Origin: a virus
Virus record (IMG/VR): IMGVR_UViG_3300009605_004544
Coordinates: 32,001-96,000 of that record
Reading direction: 5' to 3' (one strand)
DNA length: 64,000 nt
The position numbers were made by a program, and so were the translations under genes. Of the stretch, positions 1-9,416 are shown piece by piece. The notes under the pieces were generated by a model, which was given only the letters and a program-made list of their open reading frames with translations, searched no databases and was not told where the DNA came from. Each line of letters begins with the position of its first letter. Within the stretch, counting starts at the first letter, position 1.

Positions 1-2
1 CC

Positions 3-734
3 TATCTACCTCCCCTCATAAGCGTCGTACCTCTAGGGGTAGACCTCTCGATCTTTACGCCGGGACCACACGAGACTACAGAGAATTGTGTGTTTTTGAA
101 TTGCGGGAAATGGGAAAAGCGTAAAGGTCACGATGTTCTTTTAGAGATGTTTAAAACCGCCTTTCCAGATGAAAATGATGTCGAACTCTGGATGATGTCT
201 TCTAATCCGTTTTTATCAGAAGAGACTGGTCTAGCGAAGTTCCGTCACGAATGGGAGCGGTATTATCGAAGTGACTCTAGAGTGAGACTACTTGACAGGG
301 TGCCGACGCACCATGAGGTTGCACAAGTTATGGCGTCTGCTAATTGCGGGATATTCCCAAGCCGAGCAGAAGGATGGAACTTAGAACTATTAGAAATGAT
401 GTCCATGGGCAAGCATGTCATCGCAACTAATTATTCTGCTCACACAGAATTTTGCAACGATCAAAACGCTAGTCTAATAGAAATTGAAGACTTAGAAAAG
501 GCTGAAGACGGTATATTTTTTGACGGCGCTGTAGGTGAATGGGCTTCGTTAGAGGGGGCACCGTTTGATCAGGCCGTAGAACACATGCGTTCTTTTTATG
601 AGTACTGGAAATCTGACAGGGAGCAGCAATACAACATGGAAGGTGTCGAAACAGCAAAACAATTAACATGGACGAAAACCGCCAGCAGGATTAAGGAAAC
701 TATCTATGGAAATCAGGATACGTCGTCTGTCTGA
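3..734 (+). CDS. Glycosyltransferase, GT-B/GT4 family (5'-truncated by window edge)
   Basis: Frame open from nt 3 (..VVPLGVD..IF); GT4 motifs GKWEKRKGHD and FPSRAEGWNLELLEMMSMGKHVIATNYS. Confidence 0.85.
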   Translation, partial: YLPPLISVVPLGVDLSIFTPGPHETTENCVFLNCGKWEKRKGHDVLLEMFKTAFPDENDVELWMMSSNPFLSEETGLAKFRHEWERYYRSDSRVRLLDRVPTHHEVAQVMASANCGIFPSRAEGWNLELLEMMSMGKHVIATNYSAHTEFCNDQNASLIEIEDLEKAEDGIFFDGAVGEWASLEGAPFDQAVEHMRSFYEYWKSDREQQYNMEGVETAKQLTWTKTASRIKETIYGNQDTSSV

Positions 735-1128
735 GAGCGCCATCATACCCACCAAAGCGAACAGTTCGGACGCTGGGTGGGACTTGTATGCGGCCGAGGA
801 CGCCATTATCGACCCGATGAATCGTGAATTGGTATCGACTCAAATAGCCATGGCTATTCCCGAAGGCTTTGTAGGCCTTATATGGGATAGGTCTGGCATG
901 GCCGCTAAGAGAGGAGTTCACCGTTTTGCAGGAGTCATTGATAGTGGATATCGCGGAGAGATCAAGGTTTGCCTTTGGAACGCCTCTAACAAATACTGCA
1001 TTGTAACTAAAGGAGAAAGGGTGGCGCAAATTCTTTTCCAGCAGGTTCCGTCTTTTACTTTGAAAGAGGTTTCTACTCTTGAAGAAACAGAGCGAGGAGA
1101 AGGAGGCTTTGGAAGTAGCGGGCTATGA
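706..1128 (+). CDS. dut: dUTPase (trimeric)
   Basis: Motifs AGWDL, RSG, GVIDSGYRGEI, RVAQI, RGEGGFGSSG. Confidence 0.97.
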   Translation: MEIRIRRLSESAIIPTKANSSDAGWDLYAAEDAIIDPMNRELVSTQIAMAIPEGFVGLIWDRSGMAAKRGVHRFAGVIDSGYRGEIKVCLWNASNKYCIVTKGERVAQILFQQVPSFTLKEVSTLEETERGEGGFGSSGL

Positions 1129-2234
1129 AGATCAACAAGGATGTAAAGCTAGATTTTGATGACGTGCTGCTAGTTCCCCATAGAACAAAAACAGCGTCTC
1201 GTAAAAATGTAACCATCGAACGCAAGTTTCAATTTTATCATTCCACACGTCATTGGAATGGCACTCCGATAGTCGCTGCGAACATGGATACTACCGGGAC
1301 GTTTGCCATGGGGGATGCCCTAATAAGGCATAATATGGTAACTTGCATTCATAAATATTACAATCTAGAAGAGCGTGTTGAAAAATTCACCTCTTACCCA
1401 ATTGAAGGGGTGTGGTATAGCTTGGGAATTAAACACTCTGAATTTGAAGAACTGTGTCGCTTTGTTGAATCTACAGGCACTGTGCCTAATATCTGCATCG
1501 ATGTTGCCAACGGCTATACCGAAAACTTTGTAGAATTTTGTGCCAAGGTACGAGACAATTTTAACGACACCCCCATAATCATGGCTGGAAACGTTTGCAC
1601 CCCCGAGATGGTTCAGGAGCTAATACTACACGGGGGTGTTGATATTGTTAAAATAGGTATCGGCCCCGGTTCCGCATGCACCACACGCCTAAAGACGGGG
1701 GTGGGATATCCTCAATTTTCAGCCATTATAGAATGTTCACATGCCGCACATGGCCTTAAGAGCGAGGAAAGAAGAATGGGTCTTGTATGTGCTGATGGAG
1801 GATGTCGCACCGCAGCCGATGTTTGCAAAGCCTTCGCTGCAAATGCAGATTTTGTCATGCTGGGTGGGATGCTGGCAGGAACAGACGAATGCGAAGGGGA
1901 GTGGCAATATGAGGGATGGATTAGCTCTCCGTGTGGAATGAGAATACAAAAAGGGAATTCCTCAAAACCTAATCAAAAAAAGTCTCTTAAATTCTATGGG
2001 ATGTCTTCTAAAAAAGCACAAGACAAACATGGAGAAGGGCTGAAGGACTATCGAAGTAGCGAAGGGCGTGTATTTGAAGTTCTCTACAAAGGCTCCGTAG
2101 ACGGCATTATTCAGGATCTCTTAGGTGGTATTCGAAGTTGCTGTGCCTATATTGGTGCAACCTCCCTAAAAGATATGGCAAAATGTGCTGAATTCATACA
2201 AGTAAATCGGACCCACTTTGATCAATCCACATAG
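1125..2234 (+). CDS. guaC: GMP reductase
   Basis: LDFDDVLL, ANMDTTGT, CIDVANGY, KIGIGPGSACTTR, ADGG, FYGMSS, SEGR; no CBS domains. Confidence 0.92.
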   Translation: MKINKDVKLDFDDVLLVPHRTKTASRKNVTIERKFQFYHSTRHWNGTPIVAANMDTTGTFAMGDALIRHNMVTCIHKYYNLEERVEKFTSYPIEGVWYSLGIKHSEFEELCRFVESTGTVPNICIDVANGYTENFVEFCAKVRDNFNDTPIIMAGNVCTPEMVQELILHGGVDIVKIGIGPGSACTTRLKTGVGYPQFSAIIECSHAAHGLKSEERRMGLVCADGGCRTAADVCKAFAANADFVMLGGMLAGTDECEGEWQYEGWISSPCGMRIQKGNSSKPNQKKSLKFYGMSSKKAQDKHGEGLKDYRSSEGRVFEVLYKGSVDGIIQDLLGGIRSCCAYIGATSLKDMAKCAEFIQVNRTHFDQST

Positions 2235-2240
2235 GGTTTG

Positions 2241-2254
2241 GGTGTATAATAGAG
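2241..2254 (+). promoter_or_regulatory. Putative promoter element GGTGTATAATAGAG (-10 TATAAT)
   Basis: Perfect TATAAT in the intergenic gap after guaC, about 40 nt before the next ATG; related GTGTA..TATA strings at 3935 and 9041. Confidence 0.4.
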
Positions 2255-2290
2255 TGAGCCATTCTTTCCTGCCACAGAAGGGGTCTCCCC

Positions 2291-2743
2291 ATGCTTAGCT
2301 TTATTCTAGAGAAATTTAAAAAGTGGCGTAGGGGGACTGGATTTTTAGCTCAAGACGACCCTCCTACTGTGCAAGACCAGACAGGCCAAGACGATCAAGA
2401 CGAACCGCTGGAAAACCCATCTACAACGATAGTCGTGAATCTTAGAGAAGACGGAGAATTTACGGTAGCTTTAGACTTTATGAGAACGGGAGATGAGGTT
2501 TCTGATATTACAGGCACGATGCTCCACATGGTTAATTCAGGCCTTATGGCTGAATATTTTGTAGAAGCCTTGAATTTGTGGGCAGAAGAAAAGGAACAGA
2601 AGAAGTTTGTTTTGAAAATAGTGAAGCGTTGGAGGTCTCTATACGACGAAGTAAACGCGGAAGACAAAACAGTTCTTGCTCCATCCAAACTAGCAGTCGA
2701 TCCGACAGATGTTTTTGGCTTGAGGCGTTTGCAACAGAAATGA
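2291..2743 (+). CDS. Hypothetical protein
   Basis: 150-aa ORF in operon context, AAGGG RBS-like sequence. Confidence 0.65.
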   Translation: MLSFILEKFKKWRRGTGFLAQDDPPTVQDQTGQDDQDEPLENPSTTIVVNLREDGEFTVALDFMRTGDEVSDITGTMLHMVNSGLMAEYFVEALNLWAEEKEQKKFVLKIVKRWRSLYDEVNAEDKTVLAPSKLAVDPTDVFGLRRLQQK

Positions 2744-2791
2744 AGAAGACTCAATTACCATTTTCTAATAATAACCACAAGAGGTGTTATT

Positions 2792-3265
2792 ATGAGCCGT
2801 GTACCCGCCCCTAAAGGATACGATGTATACTGGGAAAAATGGATAGACGCTTTTGAAGAAGATCAAGAGGTCTCTTCTGACGAGACTGGCGAGACGGACG
2901 AAGAACCCTCGTATGAAACGTTTGAGTACGGTGACGAAGAAGAGGGCCATCTCAGCGAAGAAGACATATTTCAAGACTCAGTCTCACATATTCAAAGTAT
3001 CGTAACTCCGTTTGGGATTCTTCCCATAACCGAACAAAATAGGGCAAGCACCTATTTTAAATTATGGGTAGGCCACTGTAATTTTAAGCTTACGGAAGAT
3101 TTCTACAAAATTATAGGGCGTGAAGGTGGGGTGGAGGCTCTAGATATCCTTACTCCGTATAGATTTAGAATAGCGGTTGGTAAGATGTTTGTAGACAGGC
3201 ATGTCATGAAGGCCGTGCGAGATAAAATGGTCTTATATGCAAGTGGCAAAACTGACGATGAATAA
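2792..3265 (+). CDS. Hypothetical protein with acidic N-terminal tract
   Basis: 157-aa ORF, GAGGTG RBS, overlaps the next gene. Confidence 0.7.
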   Translation: MSRVPAPKGYDVYWEKWIDAFEEDQEVSSDETGETDEEPSYETFEYGDEEEGHLSEEDIFQDSVSHIQSIVTPFGILPITEQNRASTYFKLWVGHCNFKLTEDFYKIIGREGGVEALDILTPYRFRIAVGKMFVDRHVMKAVRDKMVLYASGKTDDE

Positions 3266-3941
3266 AAGAAACCGTCTTATCCCCATACCAAAGGCGGCGA
3301 TTTCAGAAGTCCACGATTATGATGTCATAATATCTAGTCGTGAGATATTTTTAAGTGGTTACGACCAAGAGGAATATCTTGAAGTAGATTATAGAGTAGC
3401 TACGAGGTTTATTAAAAACCTAAGAGTATTAGAGAGTCTCAGTTCCGATCCAATAGTCATTCACCAATATAGCGCGGGGGGCGAATGGGAAAGCGGAATG
3501 GCTATATACGACGCCATACAGCATAGTGAGGCGTCTTTTGTTTTTATATGTCACGGACTGGCTGCCTCTATGGGGAGTATCATCCCACAGGCTGTCCACG
3601 GCAAGGGTGTCAGGCTAACGATGCCCAATTGTTACTGGTGTATCCATGAGGGTGAGCAGTCAATGGAGGGAACAGTCAAGCAAGTCCGGTCCTATTATGA
3701 ATTCTGTAAACTTAGCGGGACGCGAATGTATGACATATACTCTGATGTCTGCTATGAGACGGGTGCATATTTCCAAGACATTCCTAAAGCCAAAGTTAAG
3801 GAGTTTGTAAAGCATAGGCTAGAGTCAAAGGAAGACTGGTGGCTAACCGCAGAAGATGCGGTTATATACGGGTTTGTTGATGGAATAATTGGTTCTGAAA
3901 ATTACGAATCAATCTTAGATGCGCGGGATCATTTGGTGTAA
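3258..3941 (+). CDS. clpP: ClpP-family protease subunit
   Basis: SAGG..GMAIYD, GLAASMGS (Ser nucleophile), CIHE (His), DWWLTAEDAVIYGFVDGI; start set at ATG 3258. Confidence 0.85.
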   Translation: MNKRNRLIPIPKAAISEVHDYDVIISSREIFLSGYDQEEYLEVDYRVATRFIKNLRVLESLSSDPIVIHQYSAGGEWESGMAIYDAIQHSEASFVFICHGLAASMGSIIPQAVHGKGVRLTMPNCYWCIHEGEQSMEGTVKQVRSYYEFCKLSGTRMYDIYSDVCYETGAYFQDIPKAKVKEFVKHRLESKEDWWLTAEDAVIYGFVDGIIGSENYESILDARDHLV

Positions 3942-3952
3942 TACTATAGTAT
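3935..3952 (+). promoter_or_regulatory. Putative promoter/operator: GGTGTA followed by 12-bp palindrome ATACTATAGTAT
   Basis: Perfect palindrome 3941-3952 at the start of an 80-nt intergenic gap upstream of a gene with its own terminator. Confidence 0.35.
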
Positions 3953-4021
3953 AGGGAAGGACTATTTCACATGTAAGGACTCAAAGGAAATTTATCGTCT
4001 CTGTAAAGAGAGGGTTTTATT

Positions 4022-4618
4022 ATGGCGTTTATCACTAATATTACGACTACACCGGTTACTGGCAGCTATGGAGATAATGGGCTGCCCCTGTATGTTGACA
4101 ATCGTCACGGAAATATTCGTGACGGGGGAACAATTGCAGATTCAACCAACTGGTCATCGTCTGCTTTAGGCGAAGGCAATCCTATTATTACCATCGTTTC
4201 TGGCGTTGGACCGGTCGAGGGAGCAGTCCCCGGCACTTTCAATCAGGGAACACAGGTAATGATGATTGCTTCGACCACTATTGCTGGAGAGTCTAGCACC
4301 GTTATGGAAGGTGGAGACTCCAACAGTGCCAACGTCGCTTATTCTCCGTTACAGTTAGATGTTCTTAGAACATATTTCTATAAGACGGCAGTACGGCAGG
4401 GCAACTGGAATATCTTCACCGGAGCGTTTAGTTCTGTCACTAACGCCGTGTCTGGCGCATACAACATCACCACAGCCGTCGATGACGCTGCTGGAATGCG
4501 TGCTGCCCAAACCGACGTTGCTGCTAATCCGTCTCAGGATACTCCGGGTCGCCTCGTCTTCCGCGATGGCAGTCCTGATCCTGTGCAGAGCGGATATCAC
4601 GCACGGTATAACTGGTAA
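4022..4618 (+). CDS. Hypothetical protein, probable virion structural protein
   Basis: 198 aa, T/S/G/N/A-rich, one Lys, no Cys; GAGGG RBS; flanked by putative promoter and terminator. Confidence 0.6.
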   Translation: MAFITNITTTPVTGSYGDNGLPLYVDNRHGNIRDGGTIADSTNWSSSALGEGNPIITIVSGVGPVEGAVPGTFNQGTQVMMIASTTIAGESSTVMEGGDSNSANVAYSPLQLDVLRTYFYKTAVRQGNWNIFTGAFSSVTNAVSGAYNITTAVDDAAGMRAAQTDVAANPSQDTPGRLVFRDGSPDPVQSGYHARYNW

Positions 4619-4635
4619 TCTGATGTCATAATTAC

Positions 4636-4672
4636 GAGGAGGGGGCCTTGGGAAGCCGAGGCCCCTTTTCTC
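4636..4672 (+). terminator. Rho-independent terminator
   Basis: Stem GGGGCCTTGG (4642-4651) / CCGAGGCCCC (4656-4665), GAAG loop, followed by TTTTCTC. Confidence 0.8.
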
Positions 4673-4691
4673 ACTTCCTTTTCCTTAGATA

Positions 4692-5039
4692 GTGAGAACC
4701 CAAATGGTAGCCATCGCCAAAGGTAATCCATACGTAAAGGATGTGATTTTTTTCTTAGCGGCAATTGTGGTTAGCATGTCAGGCTTTTGGATGATGACGG
4801 GAAGAGACCTTATTACTCGTGACGAGGCTAGGCTTCTAGTTCAACAACAAACAATAGCTATGCAAACTAAGCTAGAGCTATATCATGAGGCGTTGCTAGA
4901 TCAAGAAGATAGAATCGCCAGACAGGAAGAAAAGCTACAGACAGTTTTAGAAAAAAATACTGAAGCTATTAATGCGCTTAAAGTCCAAATTGCTACTCTA
5001 AGCCAATCCCTAGAGATGCTCACGGGTAGAAAACCATGA
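4692..5039 (+). CDS. Single-TM coiled-coil protein (holin/spanin-like?)
   Basis: Hydrophobic VIFFLAAIVVSMSGFWMM then heptad coiled coil; coupled to a putative amidase; start may be ATG 4704. Confidence 0.55.
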   Translation: MRTQMVAIAKGNPYVKDVIFFLAAIVVSMSGFWMMTGRDLITRDEARLLVQQQTIAMQTKLELYHEALLDQEDRIARQEEKLQTVLEKNTEAINALKVQIATLSQSLEMLTGRKP

Positions 5040-5650
5040 ATATACTACCGTATGCAGAAGCCCGACCTCTAATCCAAGAGGGTGACGTTCTCTTGTTTCG
5101 TGGCAAAGGGCTAATATCTTGGTTAATCAAAAGATATGGCAGCGGAGTTCACAGTCATGCAGCTATAGCCCATTGGGATGATGACAATTTAGGATGCGTT
5201 GAATTCAGAGAGTTCCGAGGGGGAAGGGCTGTTTCCCTAAAAACTCAGATTGAAACACATCCCAACAATATAGACGTTTTTAGAGCCGCTAACGTGATTC
5301 AATACGGGGATGAACGTTTTGAATTTACCAACGAAACGGCTAAAGCAGTTAGCAATATTATGATAGACCTGTCGGGACTCCCCTATGGGTGGAAAAATAT
5401 CTGTAAATTGATAAAGCACTATTTACCATTCTGGCGACTGGCCAAGCAAAACGTCAAGGATGACGATCCTACAAATGTTTTTGTTTGCAGCACTGCCGTT
5501 GCGTATGCATATCGGAAAGCGTATTTGGACCCGGTGCCATATTTAGCAGACTCGGCTGTGATGCCATCAGACTTGGCAAGATCTTCCCTGTTTAGATATC
5601 AATTTACTATTCAAAAGGACTGGTATAGGAACTATTTATATGACGAATAA
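5036..5650 (+). CDS. Permuted papain-like (NlpC/P60, YiiX/YaeF-type) amidase
   Basis: GDVLLFRG, HSHAAI (His) preceding FVCSTAVAYAY (Cys), PSDL: permuted catalytic order. Confidence 0.8.
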   Translation: MNILPYAEARPLIQEGDVLLFRGKGLISWLIKRYGSGVHSHAAIAHWDDDNLGCVEFREFRGGRAVSLKTQIETHPNNIDVFRAANVIQYGDERFEFTNETAKAVSNIMIDLSGLPYGWKNICKLIKHYLPFWRLAKQNVKDDDPTNVFVCSTAVAYAYRKAYLDPVPYLADSAVMPSDLARSSLFRYQFTIQKDWYRNYLYDE

Positions 5651-5888
5651 AAAATCCAAAAAACCCCTCCATTTTTACAGAACAACCTTCGATCCCATGA
5701 TCGCTCGGCTGTATAATAATGTAGCTCAGGGGCGTAGCTGCCGACACTGCCACGGGAAAGGCTATTTCGTTTCTCAAGTGCCGCAGGATGACGCCACATC
5801 GCTTCGAAACGGGGAGCCTTATCAGAAAGTCCATTCGTATTGCCAATGTGTCCGGAGAAACATGAAGGACCAACTTAGGGAACAGTAA
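5640..5888 (+). CDS. Small Zn-finger protein (DnaJ-type CxxCxGxG)
   Basis: CRHCHGKG ... YCQCV. Confidence 0.6.
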   Translation: MTNKKSKKPLHFYRTTFDPMIARLYNNVAQGRSCRHCHGKGYFVSQVPQDDATSLRNGEPYQKVHSYCQCVRRNMKDQLREQ

Positions 5889-5908
5889 TTCTGTGAAGGG
5901 TTAGGAGA

Positions 5909-6502
5909 GTGAAGGAAAAGTTTATAAGGAAATACATGGGCCTTGCCAAGGTCATTGCCAACGACCAAAACCCATGCCTATCAAGAAGGGTGGGGGTCGT
6001 TGTGGTAGACCCCTCTACTAATGGCATTGTGGGGGCCGGATATAACGGGCCTCCTGAAGGAACCCCGCACTGTAATGACGTAAAATTTTTAAAGGGGTTC
6101 TTTTGGCCTCAACTCACAGCCAGAGAGAGAGCACAACTCTGTATCAGAAGCGACACAATGGATAGTCAGGATGTTGACGTAACTTGCGAGTTTCTTTCGA
6201 AGTGTAATGAATGTCCTCGCAACATGCTAGGCTACTCTTCAGGAAAAAGAGCCGAACTATGTTCGTGCCAACATGCGGAACGCAATGCTCTTAATAAACT
6301 GCCCATTCCAGCCAACGGTCTTGTTATGTTCTGCTGGTGTGGAGTCCCCTGCATACAGTGCGCGGGGTCTATTATAAACGCGGCCATCAAAGAAGTTCAC
6401 TGCTTGACAGAAAAAGATTATCACCCAACTTCTAGATGGCTTTTTGAGGAGGGTCGCACAGAACTTTTTGAACATGATATTGCAACATTGGAATTAAAAT
6501 AA
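5909..6502 (+). CDS. dCMP deaminase (ComEB/Cd family)
   Basis: CLSRRVG, GYNGPP, HAERNA, PCIQC zinc-deaminase motifs; extra Cys-containing insert. Confidence 0.9.
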   Translation: MKEKFIRKYMGLAKVIANDQNPCLSRRVGVVVVDPSTNGIVGAGYNGPPEGTPHCNDVKFLKGFFWPQLTARERAQLCIRSDTMDSQDVDVTCEFLSKCNECPRNMLGYSSGKRAELCSCQHAERNALNKLPIPANGLVMFCWCGVPCIQCAGSIINAAIKEVHCLTEKDYHPTSRWLFEEGRTELFEHDIATLELK

Positions 6503-6520
6503 TAAGCAACGGAGTTTGCT

Positions 6521-9046
6521 ATGTCAGATAGATTTACTAATAGCTTTAGCTATGAAACATGGTATCAAAAGTATAAGTTCACCAACGATGAATGCGTAGA
6601 AGATACATGGCTCAGGGTAGCCAAAGACCTAGCATCAGTGGAAAAAAACCAAGAAGAGTGGACTGAAAAATTCTATGCGGCATTGGAAGACTTTAAGTTT
6701 GTCCCCGGAGGTCGCATCACCTCAAATGCAGGAACCTCATTAAAGGGTACTACCTATATTAATTGCTTCGTTGACGGATTTCAAGGTAAAGATCTCGATT
6801 CTATTGAAGGAATTTATGACACCTTATTACGTCAAGCTAAGATTCTTAAGAGCGAAGGCGGATACGGGTTTTGTGCTGACGTTCTGAGGCCCTGTGGCGC
6901 TCATATCGGAGGCATCGGGAACCAATCCCCCGGATCGGTTAAATTCTTAGAATTGTGGGATAAGTCTTCCGAGATTATCACGGCAGGCTCTGGCAAGCAA
7001 TCAAGAAAAGGCCAGAAAAACTTCATCCGTAAGGGTGCGCAAATGGTCACTCTAAGTTGCTGGCATCCTGACGTAGTGGAATTCATTGAGGCTAAGAAAA
7101 CTCCGGGGCGATTGTCTAAGTTTAATATGTCAGTTCTATGCACCGACGATCTCATGACCGCCGTTGCTATTGACCTTCCATGGAAGCTAGTTTTTCCAAA
7201 CTATGAGGCCTTCCCTTCAGAATATAAAGAGCATTGGAATGGTGATATCCAAGCATGGCTCTCGCTGTTTGAAGATATCGATCATGAAGAATCCCCTTTA
7301 GTTACCTACCATGAGTTTGATTCTGCTCGTGAATTGTGGGATCTTATAATGCAAAATACGTACAACCGAAACGAACCGGGCGTTTTGTTTGTGGACAGTA
7401 TGAATCGTATGAATAATTTGTATTATTGCGAATCGATTAATGCCACTAACCCATGCGGAGAACAGGCATTGCCTATTGGGGGAGTGTGCTTACTCGGCTC
7501 TATCAATCTGGTTCATTTCATCGATCCGGTCAAAAAGGACTGGAAGTATCGTGACTTGAAAGAGACTATTTTTACAGCCGTTAGATTTATGGACAACGTT
7601 AACGATAAAACATACGTGCCTCTAAAAACTCAAAAAGATAATCTGAAAAATAAAAGACGTGTCGGCTTAGGTGTTTTAGGCTATGGGTCCGCATTGCTAA
7701 TGGCGCATGTCAAGTACGGTAGCAAAAAAGCACTAGAGATGACAGAAAGCTTAATGAAGTTTTTCACCAACGAGGCCTACAAGGCGTCCGCTCAAATTGC
7801 AAAAGAGAAGGGAACCTTCCCCCTTTACGATAAGGACCGGTACCTTAAGGGCGAGTTTATTAAAAGGCTCGACAGGAGCACCGTCAATTTAATTAAAGAG
7901 CACGGTGTTCGCAATTCTCATGTTACCTCCATACAACCCACGGGGAATAGCTCTTGTTTTGCCAACCTTGTAAGCGGTGGCTTAGAACCCCTCTTCATGC
8001 ACGGGTATGTAAGAACCTCGATACAGCCTAATGCCCCGGAAGGGCTTTCTGTCCCAAAGGGCGTCGATTGGGAGAATAAAACTTTTGACTTACTACAAGT
8101 CCCAGACACTGGATTTAACTGGACTTGGGTAAAGGAAGGGGATGAGCACTTATTAGCCACGACCTTTGAAGATAAAACTTGGAAGTTTGACAGGACTCGG
8201 GGCTTACTGAAGGAAGAGTGGGTAGAAGATTATGGGGTTACTTATTTAAAGAATACGGATAGATGGAACCCAGAGGCAGGATGGGCCTCTTGCACCATGG
8301 ATTTAGACGTTGACGCCCATGTGAATACGATGTCGATTTTCGCCCAATGGGTTGACTCTGCAATCTCCAAAACTATTAATTTGCGTAATGACTACTTATA
8401 CGACGACTTTAAAAAGATCTACAATAAGGCTTGGGAAAATGGCATCAAGGGATTTACCACTTACAGGGCAGGAACCATGACATCTGTTTTGTCCGCTTCG
8501 TCATCTATCAACAACGCTCCATGCGGGGCATGTCATACAACGACCCCCTCCAAAAGGCCAAGAGAGCTACCCTGTGACGTGCATCATATCAAGGTCAAGG
8601 GGGAGCAATATTTTGTGTTTGTTGGAATACTAGACAATGATGTATATGAAGTATTTGCAGGCAAGAACGGCTTTATTGACAAGAAAGTTAAGTCTGGAAC
8701 TATCGTGAAGCTCGGGAGGCCCAAGGGCGTCTACAAAGCCATGTTGGAAAATGGATTGGAACTCTCACCTATTAACGCTACTTGCACCGAAGAGGAAGAC
8801 GCTCTGACGAGGATGACTTCCATGACTCTTCGGCACGGTGCGAATGTTCACATGGTAGTGCAACAATTAGAAAGGGTAAGAGGAGACATGACTTGTTTTG
8901 CAAAGAGTATGGCCAGAGCACTCAAGAAATATATACCGGATGGAACCAAGGAGGAAGGGGCGTGCCCCGAATGTGAAAGTAGGGAGTTGATACGTCAGGA
9001 AGGCTGCATTACTTGCACCCAATGTGCATGGTCTAAATGCGTGTAA
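6521..9046 (+). CDS. nrdJ: Ribonucleotide reductase class II (AdoCbl-dependent) with C-terminal TSCPD/Zn-ribbon domain
   Basis: PGGRI, INCFV, NATNPCGEQ, CLLGSINL, IQPTG, ISKTIN, C-terminal CPEC..EGCITCTQCAWSKC; no NrdB partner nearby. Confidence 0.9.
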   Translation: MSDRFTNSFSYETWYQKYKFTNDECVEDTWLRVAKDLASVEKNQEEWTEKFYAALEDFKFVPGGRITSNAGTSLKGTTYINCFVDGFQGKDLDSIEGIYDTLLRQAKILKSEGGYGFCADVLRPCGAHIGGIGNQSPGSVKFLELWDKSSEIITAGSGKQSRKGQKNFIRKGAQMVTLSCWHPDVVEFIEAKKTPGRLSKFNMSVLCTDDLMTAVAIDLPWKLVFPNYEAFPSEYKEHWNGDIQAWLSLFEDIDHEESPLVTYHEFDSARELWDLIMQNTYNRNEPGVLFVDSMNRMNNLYYCESINATNPCGEQALPIGGVCLLGSINLVHFIDPVKKDWKYRDLKETIFTAVRFMDNVNDKTYVPLKTQKDNLKNKRRVGLGVLGYGSALLMAHVKYGSKKALEMTESLMKFFTNEAYKASAQIAKEKGTFPLYDKDRYLKGEFIKRLDRSTVNLIKEHGVRNSHVTSIQPTGNSSCFANLVSGGLEPLFMHGYVRTSIQPNAPEGLSVPKGVDWENKTFDLLQVPDTGFNWTWVKEGDEHLLATTFEDKTWKFDRTRGLLKEEWVEDYGVTYLKNTDRWNPEAGWASCTMDLDVDAHVNTMSIFAQWVDSAISKTINLRNDYLYDDFKKIYNKAWENGIKGFTTYRAGTMTSVLSASSSINNAPCGACHTTTPSKRPRELPCDVHHIKVKGEQYFVFVGILDNDVYEVFAGKNGFIDKKVKSGTIVKLGRPKGVYKAMLENGLELSPINATCTEEEDALTRMTSMTLRHGANVHMVVQQLERVRGDMTCFAKSMARALKKYIPDGTKEEGACPECESRELIRQEGCITCTQCAWSKCV

Positions 9047-9070
9047 TTTTACTATATTAATCCTAAGATC

Positions 9071-9397
9071 ATGCATAGAATTATACTTCATATTTGTTGT
9101 GCTCTGATCGTAGCAATTTCGGCAATAGATACTTATTGGCTGAGTAAAGCGAGAAGCTATATCGAGGAAGTGGAGCAAAACCCAATTGGCCAATACCTGA
9201 TCTCTCTAGACAATGGAGACGTATCACTCTTTATTTTGTGCAAGTTCTTAGGAACCTATATCGCAGTAGCAGCAACGTATATAATCTACAAAAAATACCC
9301 CAAGCACGGGATGGTGACGGCAGTCTCCCTCGCCATTGCGCAGATTTGGTTGCTCCTGTACCTTTATTGTGGGCCGATTTCGAAACTCTGGGGGTAG
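9071..9397 (+). CDS. Membrane protein, DUF5658-like
   Basis: Three hydrophobic segments; D..W...EQNPIG...LCKFLGT pattern. Confidence 0.55.
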   Translation: MHRIILHICCALIVAISAIDTYWLSKARSYIEEVEQNPIGQYLISLDNGDVSLFILCKFLGTYIAVAATYIIYKKYPKHGMVTAVSLAIAQIWLLLYLYCGPISKLWG

Positions 9398-9416
9398 AAT
9401 TTAAGGGAAATAAACG

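Noticed and set aside
1125-2234. IMP dehydrogenase (guaB)
   Set aside because: ANMDTTGTF, IDVANGY and SEGR motifs, size and lack of CBS domains favour GMP reductase
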